A stretch of DNA of 64,000 nucleotides from Candidatus Zixiibacteriota bacterium (GCA_030668485.1 DAOUTW010000006.1:6717-70716), one strand, 5' to 3'; counted from the stretch's first letter, positions 1-9,462 are shown. A program made the numbers and translations. The notes: generated by a model from the letters alone, not told the origin.

Positions 1-2137
1 TGAAATCGATTTTGGTTTTCAGCCGGGACAATCGACCCGGATGCTGGCGGCGATGAAGGCCAGATCACTGGCACAGCAGGTCGAAAAAGAAAAACTATTG
101 CTCCCGGAAACCAAATCGGAGATCGACAAATACGATGTCACCTACTATGACATCATCTGGCGCCCGGATTTTTCCGATTCGACCATTTACGGAGAAGTAA
201 CGATTCATGCCATATCGAATGAGCCGGACCTGGACCGGGTACTGGTGTTTTTGCATGAAAACATGATCGTCGATACAGCGTACAACGCCTCCGGCGAATT
301 GTTGGCCACTCACCAGAGCGGGCTGCTATTTGTCGACCTTGATCGGGTGTATCAGGAGGGTGAGCGATTTGATTTTACAATTGTTTATGAGGGACATCCT
401 CCCCCCTACGAATTGTTTTTTGACGGACTCATGTTTACTGCTCATAATGGTGTCCCGATTGTGGAAAATTTGTCTGAACCGTACAGCGCCCGGCAATGGT
501 GGCCCTGCAAGGATGTTCCCTGGGATAAGGCCGACTCCAGCGATGTCCGGATCATTGTCGATACCGGCATGGTCGGGACCAGCAATGGTCTGCTGATCTC
601 CGATATCGATCATGGTGACGGGACGCATACGATGCACTGGAGATCTCGTTATCCGATAACCACCTATTTGATCTGCCTCGCCGTCACCAATTACGTTTCA
701 TATACCGACTATTACCATTATTCACCGACCGACTCGATGCCGATAGTCAATTACGTATTTCCTGAATGGGAGGATGACCCCAATCTGGCAATGGATGTAA
801 CCCCGCTGGCTATTTCGGTTTTTGCCGATCTTTTTTGCGAGTACCCGTTTATCGATGAAAAATACGGACATTCAATGTGCAATGTGCATGGTATGGAGCA
901 TCAAACCAATACCTTTCTAAATCATTTCTACCTCTGCGACGAGCCCACCATCGTGCATGAGCTGGCCCATCACTGGTGGGGTAATCTGGTCACCTGCCAA
1001 ACCTGGGAGCATATATGGCTCAATGAGGGTTTCGGCACTTATTGCGAGGCATTATTTTATGAAGCGATCAATGGTCCCCAGTACCTCCATGCCTATATGA
1101 AGGAAATCAGATATTTGGATGGCGGCACCGTTTACGTATACGACATTTCCGCCCCTATGACTATCTTTTCGATACGCAGCTATTGGAAAGGAGCCTGGGT
1201 GATTCATATGCTTCGTGGAGTTGTAGGAGACAGCATTTTCTTTTCTGCCATGCAGGAATACGCCACCGCATATGCCTACAGTAATGCCACTTCGGATGAC
1301 TTTCAGCAGATCATGGAGGATGTTTCCGAGCAGGATCTCGATTATTTCTTTCAGGAATGGCTCCATGGAGAGTATTACCCGAATTACCGTTACTCCTATT
1401 TTATCGAGGATAATCTCTCCGGGGGCAGCGATATTTATCTCCATGTCCGACAAATTCACACTACCGATCCCCAGGTATTTTCGATGCCAATCAAAACCCA
1501 TCTTAAAACCGACGATGGGGAAGTCATAACCAGCATATTCAATGACCAACGTGAGCAGAACTATATTCTCAATACCGAATATAGAGTAAACTCCCTGGCT
1601 CTCGATCCCGATAGCTGGATTTTGCGATACCTGCTATGGGAAGAATACGACCTGCATATCGTCAAAGATGAACTCGCATCTCCCCACCAGGCCGAATGGT
1701 ACTCCGATTCGATCATCTGCAAAGGCGGAAGTGGCGATTATGATTACGAATTGCTATCCGGTAAGATGCCTGAGGGATGGATTCTTGAGGCCGCCACCGG
1801 CAATATCTCCGGTTATTCCACTGAAGATGGGGCATTTACTTTTACCATCAAGGCTTCTGACGCGCTTTATCCGCTCTATTATTCCGATACGATAACCTAT
1901 GCTGTAACTATGGGTCTGCCGTCACCTCGCCCCGGTGATGCCAATGCCGACCAGGAAGTTAACGTCGGTGATGCTGTGTATACCATCAATTACATTTTCA
2001 GCGGCGGCCCGCCGCCGCCAATTCTGAACTGGGCCGATGTTAATGGCGACTGCGCCATCAATGTCGGTGATGCCGTTTATTTGATAAATTACGTCTTCAA
2101 AGGAGGTCCGGCCCCGCAAATGGGCTGCGTTGAATAA
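1..2137 (+). CDS. M1-family zinc aminopeptidase with C-terminal dockerin-like module (5' end cut by window edge)
   Basis: The ORF track gives 41..2137, but the frame stays open back to nt 2. EIDFGFQPGQSTR there aligns with KVDLGFDP and KIDLGFSP of the two downstream paralogs, so the true start lies upstream of the window. Motifs: HELAHHWWGN plus WLNEGFGTYCE gluzincin signature, and HGMEHQTN in place of GAMEN. A He_PIG-like Ig module precedes the dockerin-like module at 1934..2134, which ends ...[34 protein letters not shown]. Confidence 0.9.
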   Translation, partial: EIDFGFQPGQSTRMLAAMKARSLAQQVEKEKLLLPETKSEIDKYDVTYYDIIWRPDFSDSTIYGEVTIHAISNEPDLDRVLVFLHENMIVDTAYNASGELLATHQSGLLFVDLDRVYQEGERFDFTIVYEGHPPPYELFFDGLMFTAHNGVPIVENLSEPYSARQWWPCKDVPWDKADSSDVRIIVDTGMVGTSNGLLISDIDHGDGTHTMHWRSRYPITTYLICLAVTNYVSYTDYYHYSPTDSMPIVNYVFPEWEDDPNLAMDVTPLAISVFADLFCEYPFIDEKYGHSMCNVHGMEHQTNTFLNHFYLCDEPTIVHELAHHWWGNLVTCQTWEHIWLNEGFGTYCEALFYEAINGPQYLHAYMKEIRYLDGGTVYVYDISAPMTIFSIRSYWKGAWVIHMLRGVVGDSIFFSAMQEYATAYAYSNATSDDFQQIMEDVSEQDLDYFFQEWLHGEYYPNYRYSYFIEDNLSGGSDIYLHVRQIHTTDPQVFSMPIKTHLKTDDGEVITSIFNDQREQNYILNTEYRVNSLALDPDSWILRYLLWEEYDLHIVKDELASPHQAEWYSDSIICKGGSGDYDYELLSGKMPEGWILEAATGNISGYSTEDGAFTFTIKASDALYPLYYSDTITYAVTMGLPSPRPGDANADQEVNVGDAVYTINYIFSGGPPPPILNWADVNGDCAINVGDAVYLINYVFKGGPAPQMGCVE

Positions 2138-2213
2138 CTCTGATCGTACACCGGCTGGTCGCCAGGTGATCGGCAACCATAAATATTTCCCATCTGCGCA
2201 AAGGAAATCATCA

Positions 2214-4415
2214 ATGTTTTCGAAGTATCTTCTTCTCACAATTGCGATTTGGCTGATGACAACACTTGCCCTCGGTCAGGACATCTATTATCCGTCCGAA
2301 AAAGTGGATCTGGGTTTCGACCCTAATTCCGCTGTCGAAAAGATGGATCGGGCTAGAGCCGCGGCGCTTCAACACCAAGGGGATGTCGAACCCGACCGGA
2401 TAGCCGACAACAACACCAACTGGCAGGAATACGACATTACCTATTATGACTGCTACTGGTATCCTGATTTTGCTACCGAGGCCCTCTCCGGCCGGGTCGG
2501 TATACATGGATTGGTAACCGTACCCGAACTCGATAGTGTGATTGTCAATCTGACCGACGGCGCCACCGTCGATTCCGTTTACAATACTACCGGAGTATTG
2601 TCATATACTCATACCAATCATCATTTGACTGTTTACCTGGATCGAATTTATGAAAGCGGCAAATTGTTCGACTTCACCGTTGTATACAGCGTCCCGGAGC
2701 AAGGGTATTGGGGTATGATGTTTTACACTCGCGACGGCTATCCCGAAGCCTCCGTGTTTACCGAACCCTACTATTCCCGTGAATGGTGGCCATGCAACGA
2801 TATTCCGATGGATAAAGCCGATTCGGTCGATGTGCATGTGACCACCGATACCGCCTTGGCCATCACCGGCAACGGACTGCTGATGGCGGATATCGACAAC
2901 GGCGATGGAACCCATACCGCCCACTGGAGCGAACGATATCCTATCTCCACCTACCTGGTTGCTATCGCCGTCGGACGTTTTATACGCTGGGAAGATCAGT
3001 ACATTTCTCCCTTTGGAAACACCATCCCGATCGTCAACTATCTGCAGCCCGACGAATACGACATCAGCATCATCACCCTGGCGGTGACCAATGACGCCAT
3101 GGAGATTTTCGAGAACCTTTTCGGCCCCTACCCCTTTGCCGATGAAAAATACGGCATCACTCAGGTCACCGGCGGCGGCATGGAATATCAAACCAATACG
3201 GCTTTAGATCCCGATTACAGTAAAAGAGACGAAGTGATCGTCCACGAGTTGGCTCACTCCTGGTGGGGCGATATGATTACCTGTCGTACCTGGAGCAATG
3301 TCTGGCTCAACGAGGGTTTTGCCACCTACTGTGAAGCGCTTTTCTTTGAAGCCACCAAGGGGATCGGTTTCTACCATGCCTACATGCTTGAGAAGGAGTG
3401 GTTTACTTATGGCAGCGTTTACCAGTACGATACTACCAATGTTCTGAGTTCTATCGTTTACCGTAAAGGCGCCTGGGTGCTGCACATGCTTCGCCATCTC
3501 ATCGGCGACGAAGATTTTTTCCCGATCCTGCAGCAGTACGGCGCTACCTATGCCTACGAATCCGCAGTCACCGATGAGTTTATAGCCGTCTGCGAAGAGG
3601 TCACGGGTCAGGACCTTGACTGGTTTTTCCAGCAATGGGTATACGGGTTCGCCCATCCGACATACCAATATTCGGCGGTGATTAGACGGCCACCCGTCGG
3701 AACTGGTTGGAATACCTATATCTATTTGGAACAGATTCAGGCCACCAATCCACAGGTTTTTGTCACATCGATCGATATCCAATTCTGGATAGACAGCAAC
3801 TATGCCGTACAGGAGGTGCAAAACGATCAGCGACGGCAACTGTATATGTTCCACACTTTGTATCACCCCGACGCCATCGGACTTGATCCCCACAACTGGG
3901 TGCTCGATGAACATTCCGAATCTGCATACACCCTGCACATTTTCACTGATGAATTACCGGATGGTGTTCAGGGCGCCGGGTACGACGATACAATTGTCAT
4001 TATCGCCGCCAATGAAGCATTCACCGCCGAAATCGTCTCCGGCGATCTCCCAACCGGCTGGGAACTCGATCCCGCCAGCGGCATCATTTTCGGTTCGACC
4101 TGGGAGACCGGCGAGTTTACCTTCACCGTGCTGGCAACAGACGCCCTCGAACCCGGCTATGTCGATTCGAAAGAATACACGATTAGCGTCACTGACATGG
4201 GCTACAGCCCCGGCGATGCCAATCTCGACGGCTCAGTCGATATCGGCGACGCCGTCTACCTGATCAACTATATCTTCAAAGGAGGCCCGGCGCCGGAAGT
4301 GCCAAACTGGGCCGATGTCAATGCCGATTGCGCCGTCAATGTCGGCGATGCCGTTTATCTGGTAAATTATGTTTTCAATTCAGGTCCCGAACCGCAGCCG
4401 GGATGCGTGGAATAG
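2214..4415 (+). CDS. M1-family zinc aminopeptidase, secreted, C-terminal dockerin-like module
   Basis: Start moved from 2130 to the ATG at 2214. The 2130 start overlaps the upstream gene; 2214 has an AAGGA RBS and opens with signal peptide MFSKYLLLTIAIWLMTTLALGQ. Motifs: HELAHSWWGD, WLNEGFATYCE, GGMEYQTN. Dockerin-like module at 4212..4412, ending GCVE. Confidence 0.9.
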   Translation: MFSKYLLLTIAIWLMTTLALGQDIYYPSEKVDLGFDPNSAVEKMDRARAAALQHQGDVEPDRIADNNTNWQEYDITYYDCYWYPDFATEALSGRVGIHGLVTVPELDSVIVNLTDGATVDSVYNTTGVLSYTHTNHHLTVYLDRIYESGKLFDFTVVYSVPEQGYWGMMFYTRDGYPEASVFTEPYYSREWWPCNDIPMDKADSVDVHVTTDTALAITGNGLLMADIDNGDGTHTAHWSERYPISTYLVAIAVGRFIRWEDQYISPFGNTIPIVNYLQPDEYDISIITLAVTNDAMEIFENLFGPYPFADEKYGITQVTGGGMEYQTNTALDPDYSKRDEVIVHELAHSWWGDMITCRTWSNVWLNEGFATYCEALFFEATKGIGFYHAYMLEKEWFTYGSVYQYDTTNVLSSIVYRKGAWVLHMLRHLIGDEDFFPILQQYGATYAYESAVTDEFIAVCEEVTGQDLDWFFQQWVYGFAHPTYQYSAVIRRPPVGTGWNTYIYLEQIQATNPQVFVTSIDIQFWIDSNYAVQEVQNDQRRQLYMFHTLYHPDAIGLDPHNWVLDEHSESAYTLHIFTDELPDGVQGAGYDDTIVIIAANEAFTAEIVSGDLPTGWELDPASGIIFGSTWETGEFTFTVLATDALEPGYVDSKEYTISVTDMGYSPGDANLDGSVDIGDAVYLINYIFKGGPAPEVPNWADVNADCAVNVGDAVYLVNYVFNSGPEPQPGCVE

Positions 4416-4438
4416 CATACTAATCGGGGAGAATAGTC

Positions 4439-6676
4439 ATGAGTGCACGATATCGAATTATGGCAGCCCTAATGATTCTACTAGCTGCTTCACCCATAGT
4501 TTCGCAGGAGTTGATATATCCGCGTGATAAAATCGATCTCGGATTCAGCCCCGTCGAATCCCATCAACAACTGGCCCGACTGAAGGCCGGAAGCCTCGAA
4601 AGAAGGCATGCCATCAGCAAGTTCCTGGAATCATCGCAGAGCACCAACTGGCAGGAGTATGATGTCACGTTCTATGATATTCTGTGGCATCCTCATTATG
4701 AGACCGAGACCATCAGCGGTACAATCGGAATCTATTTTACTCCGGTGGTAGCTTCTCTTGATTCCGTCAGGATTAACCTCCTCGATTGTATGACAGTTGA
4801 CTCCGTATATAATCAATCCGGCTCGCTGGTATTCAGCCACATGGATGATATCGTGACAATTTATCTTGAGAGAGCCTATATGCAGGATGAGTTGGCCGGT
4901 GTTTCGATTGCCTATAACGGTCAGCCGCCGCCAAATCCTTTTGATTGGTTCGCCTCACTGGCCTTTAGAAGTCATGATGGATATCCTGTTATCGAAAGTT
5001 ATGCCGAGCCTTTTGTCGCCCGGTCATGGTGGCCCTGTAACGATATCCCCTGCGACAAGGCCGATTCGGCCGATATCCGGATAATTGCCGATACCGGTCT
5101 GACCGTGGCATCGAACGGCCTTCGGATTTCCGATACCGACAACGGGGACGGGACTTACACCTCCTACTGGCAGGAACGGTATCCGATTACCACTTATCTC
5201 CTGTGCCTAAACATTGGCAAGTATATACTCTGGACCGATTACTACCATTATTCGCCGAGCGATTCGATGCCGATTGAAAACTACTATTTCGCCGATCAGC
5301 ATGATTCTGTCATCGAGGCCTATGCGGCGACTCCCGAGGCAATCGAAATTTATTCTAACCTATTCGGTGAATACCCGTTCATCAACGAAAAATACGGCCA
5401 CTCCATGGGGATCGTGCATGGCATGGAACATCAAACCAATACTCTGCTCAATATCCAACTGTCACGGCGGCATGACATAATCATTCATGAATTGGCGCAT
5501 CACTGGTGGGGCAACCTGGTCACCTGTAAGGACTGGCATCACATCTGGCTTAATGAGGGTTTTGGGACATATGCTGAAGCTCTGTTGTATGAGCAGAAAT
5601 ACGGCAAGTACTTTTACCTCGAATACATGGACGAGCTGGAAAACCATGTCAACGGCAGCGTCTATGTTTATGACACCACCGACGTCTGGCGGATTTTCTC
5701 GGCTTCTCTCACTTATCACAGAGGCGCCTGGGTTTTACATATGCTTCGTCGCCATGTCGGTGACAGCCTTTTCTTCCCCATCTTTCCCGCCTATGGTGCA
5801 GCTTTTGCCTATGATAATGCCACTACCGAGGATTTCCAGTCCATATGTGAGGATGTCACCGGTATCGACCTTGGATATTTCTTCCAGCAATGGGTTTACG
5901 GCGACAACTATCCTATTTACCGATTTTCAACCAAAACAGTAAAAACTCCGGGGACCGGTGCTTCCGGTTACGACACCTATGTTCATCTATCCCAGGTTCA
6001 TGATACCGATCCTCAGGTATTTACCGCCCCGATAGATTTTCAATTCTGGTACGGCCCCGGTTATACCATCGTCTCGGCCTGGAATGATCAACGCGTTCAG
6101 GATGTGGTTTTGCATACCACATTCGAACCCGATTCGATCTTTTTCGATCCCCATAACTGGCTTTTGGAATACCATCAGCGTGAGGATTATACTCTCCATA
6201 TCATCACCGACAACATCGACGATGCCGTTCAGGGTGAGGAATATTGCGATACTGTTGTTATCATTTGCGCCAGCGATACCTTTACCGCCGAAATCATATC
6301 CGGCAGCCTTCCCTCCGGATGGCAGCTCGATGAATCCACCGGGATCATTTCCGGGAGATCTTTCGATACCGGTGAATTCAGCTTTACTATCAGGGCGGCC
6401 GACGCCCTGGAACCCGGATATATCGACATAGAAGAATTAACACTATCCATCGAGGATGCCGGCTATGGTCCTGGCGATGCCAACCTCGATGGTCAGATCA
6501 ATGTCGGCGATGCCGTGTTTCTTATCAACTTTATCTTCAACGGCGGACCGGCGCCGGACTATCCCAACTATGCCGATGTCAATGCCGATTGTACTATCAA
6601 TGTCGGCGACGCCGTATATTTGATCAGCTATGTCTTCAAGGGAGGTCCGGCACCATTATTGGGATGCGTTGAATAG
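4439..6676 (+). CDS. M1-family zinc aminopeptidase, secreted, C-terminal dockerin-like module
   Basis: Signal peptide MSARYRIMAALMILLAASPIVSQ. Motifs: HELAHHWWGN, WLNEGFGTYAE, HGMEHQTN. Dockerin-like module at 6473..6673, ending GCVE. Third member of the tandem paralog array. Confidence 0.92.
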   Translation: MSARYRIMAALMILLAASPIVSQELIYPRDKIDLGFSPVESHQQLARLKAGSLERRHAISKFLESSQSTNWQEYDVTFYDILWHPHYETETISGTIGIYFTPVVASLDSVRINLLDCMTVDSVYNQSGSLVFSHMDDIVTIYLERAYMQDELAGVSIAYNGQPPPNPFDWFASLAFRSHDGYPVIESYAEPFVARSWWPCNDIPCDKADSADIRIIADTGLTVASNGLRISDTDNGDGTYTSYWQERYPITTYLLCLNIGKYILWTDYYHYSPSDSMPIENYYFADQHDSVIEAYAATPEAIEIYSNLFGEYPFINEKYGHSMGIVHGMEHQTNTLLNIQLSRRHDIIIHELAHHWWGNLVTCKDWHHIWLNEGFGTYAEALLYEQKYGKYFYLEYMDELENHVNGSVYVYDTTDVWRIFSASLTYHRGAWVLHMLRRHVGDSLFFPIFPAYGAAFAYDNATTEDFQSICEDVTGIDLGYFFQQWVYGDNYPIYRFSTKTVKTPGTGASGYDTYVHLSQVHDTDPQVFTAPIDFQFWYGPGYTIVSAWNDQRVQDVVLHTTFEPDSIFFDPHNWLLEYHQREDYTLHIITDNIDDAVQGEEYCDTVVIICASDTFTAEIISGSLPSGWQLDESTGIISGRSFDTGEFSFTIRAADALEPGYIDIEELTLSIEDAGYGPGDANLDGQINVGDAVFLINFIFNGGPAPDYPNYADVNADCTINVGDAVYLISYVFKGGPAPLLGCVE

Positions 6677-6707
6677 CTATTCCCCCGGAGCACAGGGCTC
6701 CCACTGG

Positions 6708-6760
6708 GACAGGCAAAAGCCTGTTTTTGGCTGTCGCGAAGATGATCAATCTCTGGAGCA
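6708..6760. repeat. Dispersed intergenic repeat, family D (short copy)
   Basis: The string caggcaaaagcctg-tttttGGCTGTCGCgaaGATGATCAATCtctgg recurs with an insertion at 9385..9462 and in rearranged, inverted form at 56329..56520. Confidence 0.6.
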
Positions 6761-6786
6761 GAACGCAGGATTGCTCTTCATGAAAT

Positions 6787-6930
6787 TCGCCGTTACCTAT
6801 AATCTTACAGCCGCTTACACCGAATTGGGTTCGTTCGTCATGTTTTTGTTTTTCTGCGGCGTCAGGAACCCTTTCCTGACGCAACTCGCTGTTACCTATA
6901 ATCATACAGCCGCTTACGCCGAATTGGGTT
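6787..6930 (+). repeat. Pair of 45-nt direct repeats, 99 nt apart, flanking a 10-bp-stem hairpin
   Basis: 6787..6831 (tcgccgttacctataatcttacagccgcttacaccgaattgggtt) versus 6886..6930 (tcgctgttacctataatcatacagccgcttacgccgaattgggtt), 42/45 identical. Hairpin GCGTCAGGAA-ccct-TTCCTGACGC lies at 6859..6882 between them. Confidence 0.8.
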
Positions 6931-7142
6931 TGAATTGTCATTTTTAACCGGTGAACATTAAAACTATGTTGTTTTTGTATTCTCGCAGCCGGCATACGCT
7001 ACCTCCATTCTGGTCTTTCACAATAGTAGATGCTTCATGAATCAACATTGATTCTATGTCGAAATTGTCTATATTTAAAATAGTGTCACGGAGGGACAGG
7101 CATCTTGGGCATCATCAAGGTGACGGGAACAACCATGAATGG

Positions 7143-7182
7143 CGGCAGGTCACAATCCGCCAAGGCGGATCAAGACCTGCCG
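7143..7182. repeat. 40-nt nested-hairpin repeat, family A (copy 1)
   Basis: CGGCAGGTCACAATCCGCcaagGCGGATCAAGACCTGCCG. The outer arms CGGCAGGTC/GACCTGCCG and the inner arms ATCCGC/GCGGAT are both self-complementary. Copy 2 at 9294..9333 differs only in the 4-nt loop. Lies 54 nt upstream of the TPR gene. Confidence 0.85.
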
Positions 7183-7235
7183 CAACACGCAAAGCGTTGC
7201 CGCGAGCGAGTACAGTACCGTAAAGGATATAAAAT

Positions 7236-8558
7236 ATGGGTGAAAAGTGTCAGGGGAGCACGAAATCGGGCGAGCCATGCAAGAAAAACGCTGTTAAAGG
7301 CGAAGGATATTGCCGGACTCATTTATATCAAAAATATGAGAAAGGCACGAAAAGGGCATGGCTCAGGCTTGGCAGTTTCATTACGCATCCCGTAGTGCTG
7401 ACAATTCTGGGACTATGTGCAGTAGTCAGTGTCTATTATGCTGTCAGGTCATCGCAAACGTCAGTCACGAAAGAAGATGTGCCTCAATTAATCGATGAAG
7501 CGATACGGGCGCGTGATGAGCGGACGGGGATACTGCCACCAAAGACCTTTGAGGAAATTCTGGATGCGACGGGGATGACATGCCCCGAAATCGGCCAGGC
7601 GGTGTGCGACAAAATTAAGGCTGCGGGTGAAGCGATTGCCGAGGGGCGTTATGCTGACGCGGTGCGAATGTATGAAGCCTTGATAGAAGTATTTTCGGAC
7701 GTGAATGACCAACCGCTAAAATATAATATGGGTTTGTCTTATTACTATGCGGGAAAATATTACAAGGCCTGTGACATATTTGCGGAACTGCTTGAAAAAA
7801 CCTCCGATGACCCGGCGGTTTTATCTGGCATGGGCCTTGCATTATTGTGTGGGGGAAACTACGAGCAGGCCGAATCGCATATTAACCGGGCAATTGAGAT
7901 CGGGAAAAAGACACTTGGTGAGGATCATCCCGATTATGCCAAGTGGCTAAACAATCTCGCGGAATTGTATCGTGCACAGGGGAAATACGGAGAAGCAGAG
8001 TCGTTGTATGAACGAGTGCTAGAAATTAATGAGACGGCCCTTGGTGAAAACCATCCAAATATGGCTGCAGCATTGAACAATCACGCATTATTATATAAAT
8101 CACAGGGGAAATATGCCGAGGCGGAGCCGTTATATAAGCGGGCGATAGAGATAGACAAAAAAGCCTTGGGGCCAGATCATCCAGATTTTGCCATCGACCT
8201 CAATAATCTCGCAGAAGTGTATCGTAAACAGGGGAAGTACGCCGAGGCGGAACCTTTGTATAAGCGGGCGCTTGAGATAGACGAAAAGGCATTAGGACCA
8301 AATGAACCCGGACTTGCCACCGACTTGAACAACCTTGCGCAATTGTATCGTGCACAGGGAAAATACGCCAAGGCCGAACCGTTATTTATGCGGGCGTTGG
8401 CAATTTTTGAAACAAATAATCTGACAGGTCATTCGAATTTTGCAACCCTGCTGGGAAATGTTGAGATCATGTACCGCGAATGGGGGAAGGAAGAGGAGGC
8501 GCGGAAGTATGAGAAGAGGCTGGCGGAGATAAAGGGAGAATCTGAACAGGGCGAATGA
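7236..8558 (+). CDS. TPR-repeat protein (kinesin-light-chain-like TPR_12 repeats) with N-terminal Cys/His motif and one TM helix
   Basis: About seven repeats of the type NNLAELYRAQGKYGEAESLYERVLEI..ALGxxHP. N-terminus GEKCQGSTKSGEPCKKNAVKGEGYCRTH has C-x10-C-x12-C-x2-H spacing. Hydrophobic segment VVLTILGLCAVVSVYYAV follows. The overlapping ORF 7105..7395 is rejected because it covers repeat A. Confidence 0.85.
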   Translation: MGEKCQGSTKSGEPCKKNAVKGEGYCRTHLYQKYEKGTKRAWLRLGSFITHPVVLTILGLCAVVSVYYAVRSSQTSVTKEDVPQLIDEAIRARDERTGILPPKTFEEILDATGMTCPEIGQAVCDKIKAAGEAIAEGRYADAVRMYEALIEVFSDVNDQPLKYNMGLSYYYAGKYYKACDIFAELLEKTSDDPAVLSGMGLALLCGGNYEQAESHINRAIEIGKKTLGEDHPDYAKWLNNLAELYRAQGKYGEAESLYERVLEINETALGENHPNMAAALNNHALLYKSQGKYAEAEPLYKRAIEIDKKALGPDHPDFAIDLNNLAEVYRKQGKYAEAEPLYKRALEIDEKALGPNEPGLATDLNNLAQLYRAQGKYAKAEPLFMRALAIFETNNLTGHSNFATLLGNVEIMYREWGKEEEARKYEKRLAEIKGESEQGE

Positions 8559-8608
8559 TTGGGGGCACCAATCTTATTCAGGCTACCGGGTAGGGACACC
8601 ATAGATTG

Positions 8609-8659
8609 CTTCGTCATTCGGGTTACGCTTCGCGCAGCCCTCATTCCTCGCAATGACCG
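8609..8659. repeat. REP-like palindromic element, family C (degenerate copy)
   Basis: cttcgtcattcggg...cctcgcaatgaccg has imperfect inverted termini. It is related to tcgtcattgcgag...ctcgcgatgacga at 17707..17835 and 20210..20314. Confidence 0.5.
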
Positions 8660-8691
8660 TCTAAAGTATAAATTACCGTTTTAGATAAAAT

Positions 8692-8745
8692 GGCAGGATC
8701 CCCCTCGGAAGACTCGGGGCCTACGGCACGGATCCTGCCCTACGG
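8692..8745. repeat. Palindromic repeat, family B (copy 1)
   Basis: GGCAGGATCCccctcggaagactcggggcctacggcacGGATCCTGCCctacgg. Its reverse complement matches 20338..20390 at roughly 45 of 52 positions. Confidence 0.75.
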
Positions 8746-8761
8746 TATATGGAAAAGAATA

Positions 8762-9241
8762 TTATCGTTCCAAAAACGTCTTCACATTCGGGAGGTGGGC
8801 GCGGTAGTGTTTGTGGGTGTTATCTGCGAAAACCTGCCACGGTTGCCATTCGGACGGCATGCCGGGAAAGCGAGCCGGATCATTGAGGTCGTCGTCGGTG
8901 AGCTGTGTCATCAAGTCCATCATCTCAGCATAAACACTTTTGTAATCGGCTCGGACCTGCTCCGGATCGTTGTCTTTGTTTTCTTCGTAAATAACGGCGT
9001 TGCGTTCATGGGTCGGCAGTTGCCAGTGGTCGGAACCGACAAAGGCGTGAGCCTTGAGCAGCCCGATCATTTGCCGCTCGTACCAGGTGATATGACACAG
9101 GACATCTTTCAGCGACCATTCTCCGCAAAAACCGGGGCGGACAAAGTCGTCGCCGCCTATCCCCTCGATGACGCTGTCCCATTCCTGCCGGGCTTGTTTG
9201 ATTTCTTGGATGAATTCCGATATTTTGGCGGTTTTGTTCAT
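8762..9241 (-). CDS. DinB-superfamily-like four-helix-bundle protein (family assignment tentative)
   Basis: 159-aa ORF. WSLKDVLCHITWYE and a C-terminal HKHYRAH motif resemble DinB/DinB_2-type proteins. The antisense ORF 8690..9316 has no recognisable motifs and is rejected. Confidence 0.55.
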   Translation of the reverse strand: MNKTAKISEFIQEIKQARQEWDSVIEGIGGDDFVRPGFCGEWSLKDVLCHITWYERQMIGLLKAHAFVGSDHWQLPTHERNAVIYEENKDNDPEQVRADYKSVYAEMMDLMTQLTDDDLNDPARFPGMPSEWQPWQVFADNTHKHYRAHLPNVKTFLER

Positions 9242-9293
9242 GGGGGTAATTTACAGTATGATCGGGTTTGGAACAATGGTTTGTTGTATCAAT

Positions 9294-9333
9294 CGGCAGG
9301 TCACAATCCGCAATAGCGGATCAAGACCTGCCG
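9294..9333. repeat. 40-nt nested-hairpin repeat, family A (copy 2)
   Basis: CGGCAGGTCACAATCCGCaataGCGGATCAAGACCTGCCG, 38/40 identical to 7143..7182. Lies in the rarA upstream region. Confidence 0.85.
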
Positions 9334-9384
9334 AAACAGGTAACTTGACAGCAAACACTTGCCAAAGATTGCCGCGTCGGCCAG

Positions 9385-9462
9385 CAGAGGCTGGATTTTG
9401 GCTGTCGCCAGGTGGCAGGGGCCACTCTTTGACTGTCGTCAGGATGATCAATCGCTGGCACA
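9385..9462. repeat. Dispersed intergenic repeat, family D (long copy)
   Basis: attttGGCTGTCGCcagg-[tggcaggggccactctttgactgtcgtc]-aGGATGATCAATCgctggcac. The bracketed insert is the inverted counterpart of 56346..56377. Confidence 0.6.

Noticed and set aside
6787-6930. Two 45-nt direct repeats considered as a minimal CRISPR array
   Set aside because: There are only two copies. A 45-nt unit and 54-nt spacer are outside typical CRISPR dimensions. There are no cas genes in the window, and the flanks look like a decayed tandem duplication.
8690-9316. 208-aa plus-strand ORF
   Set aside because: It is the antisense shadow of the DinB-like gene, has no motifs, and begins inside repeat B.
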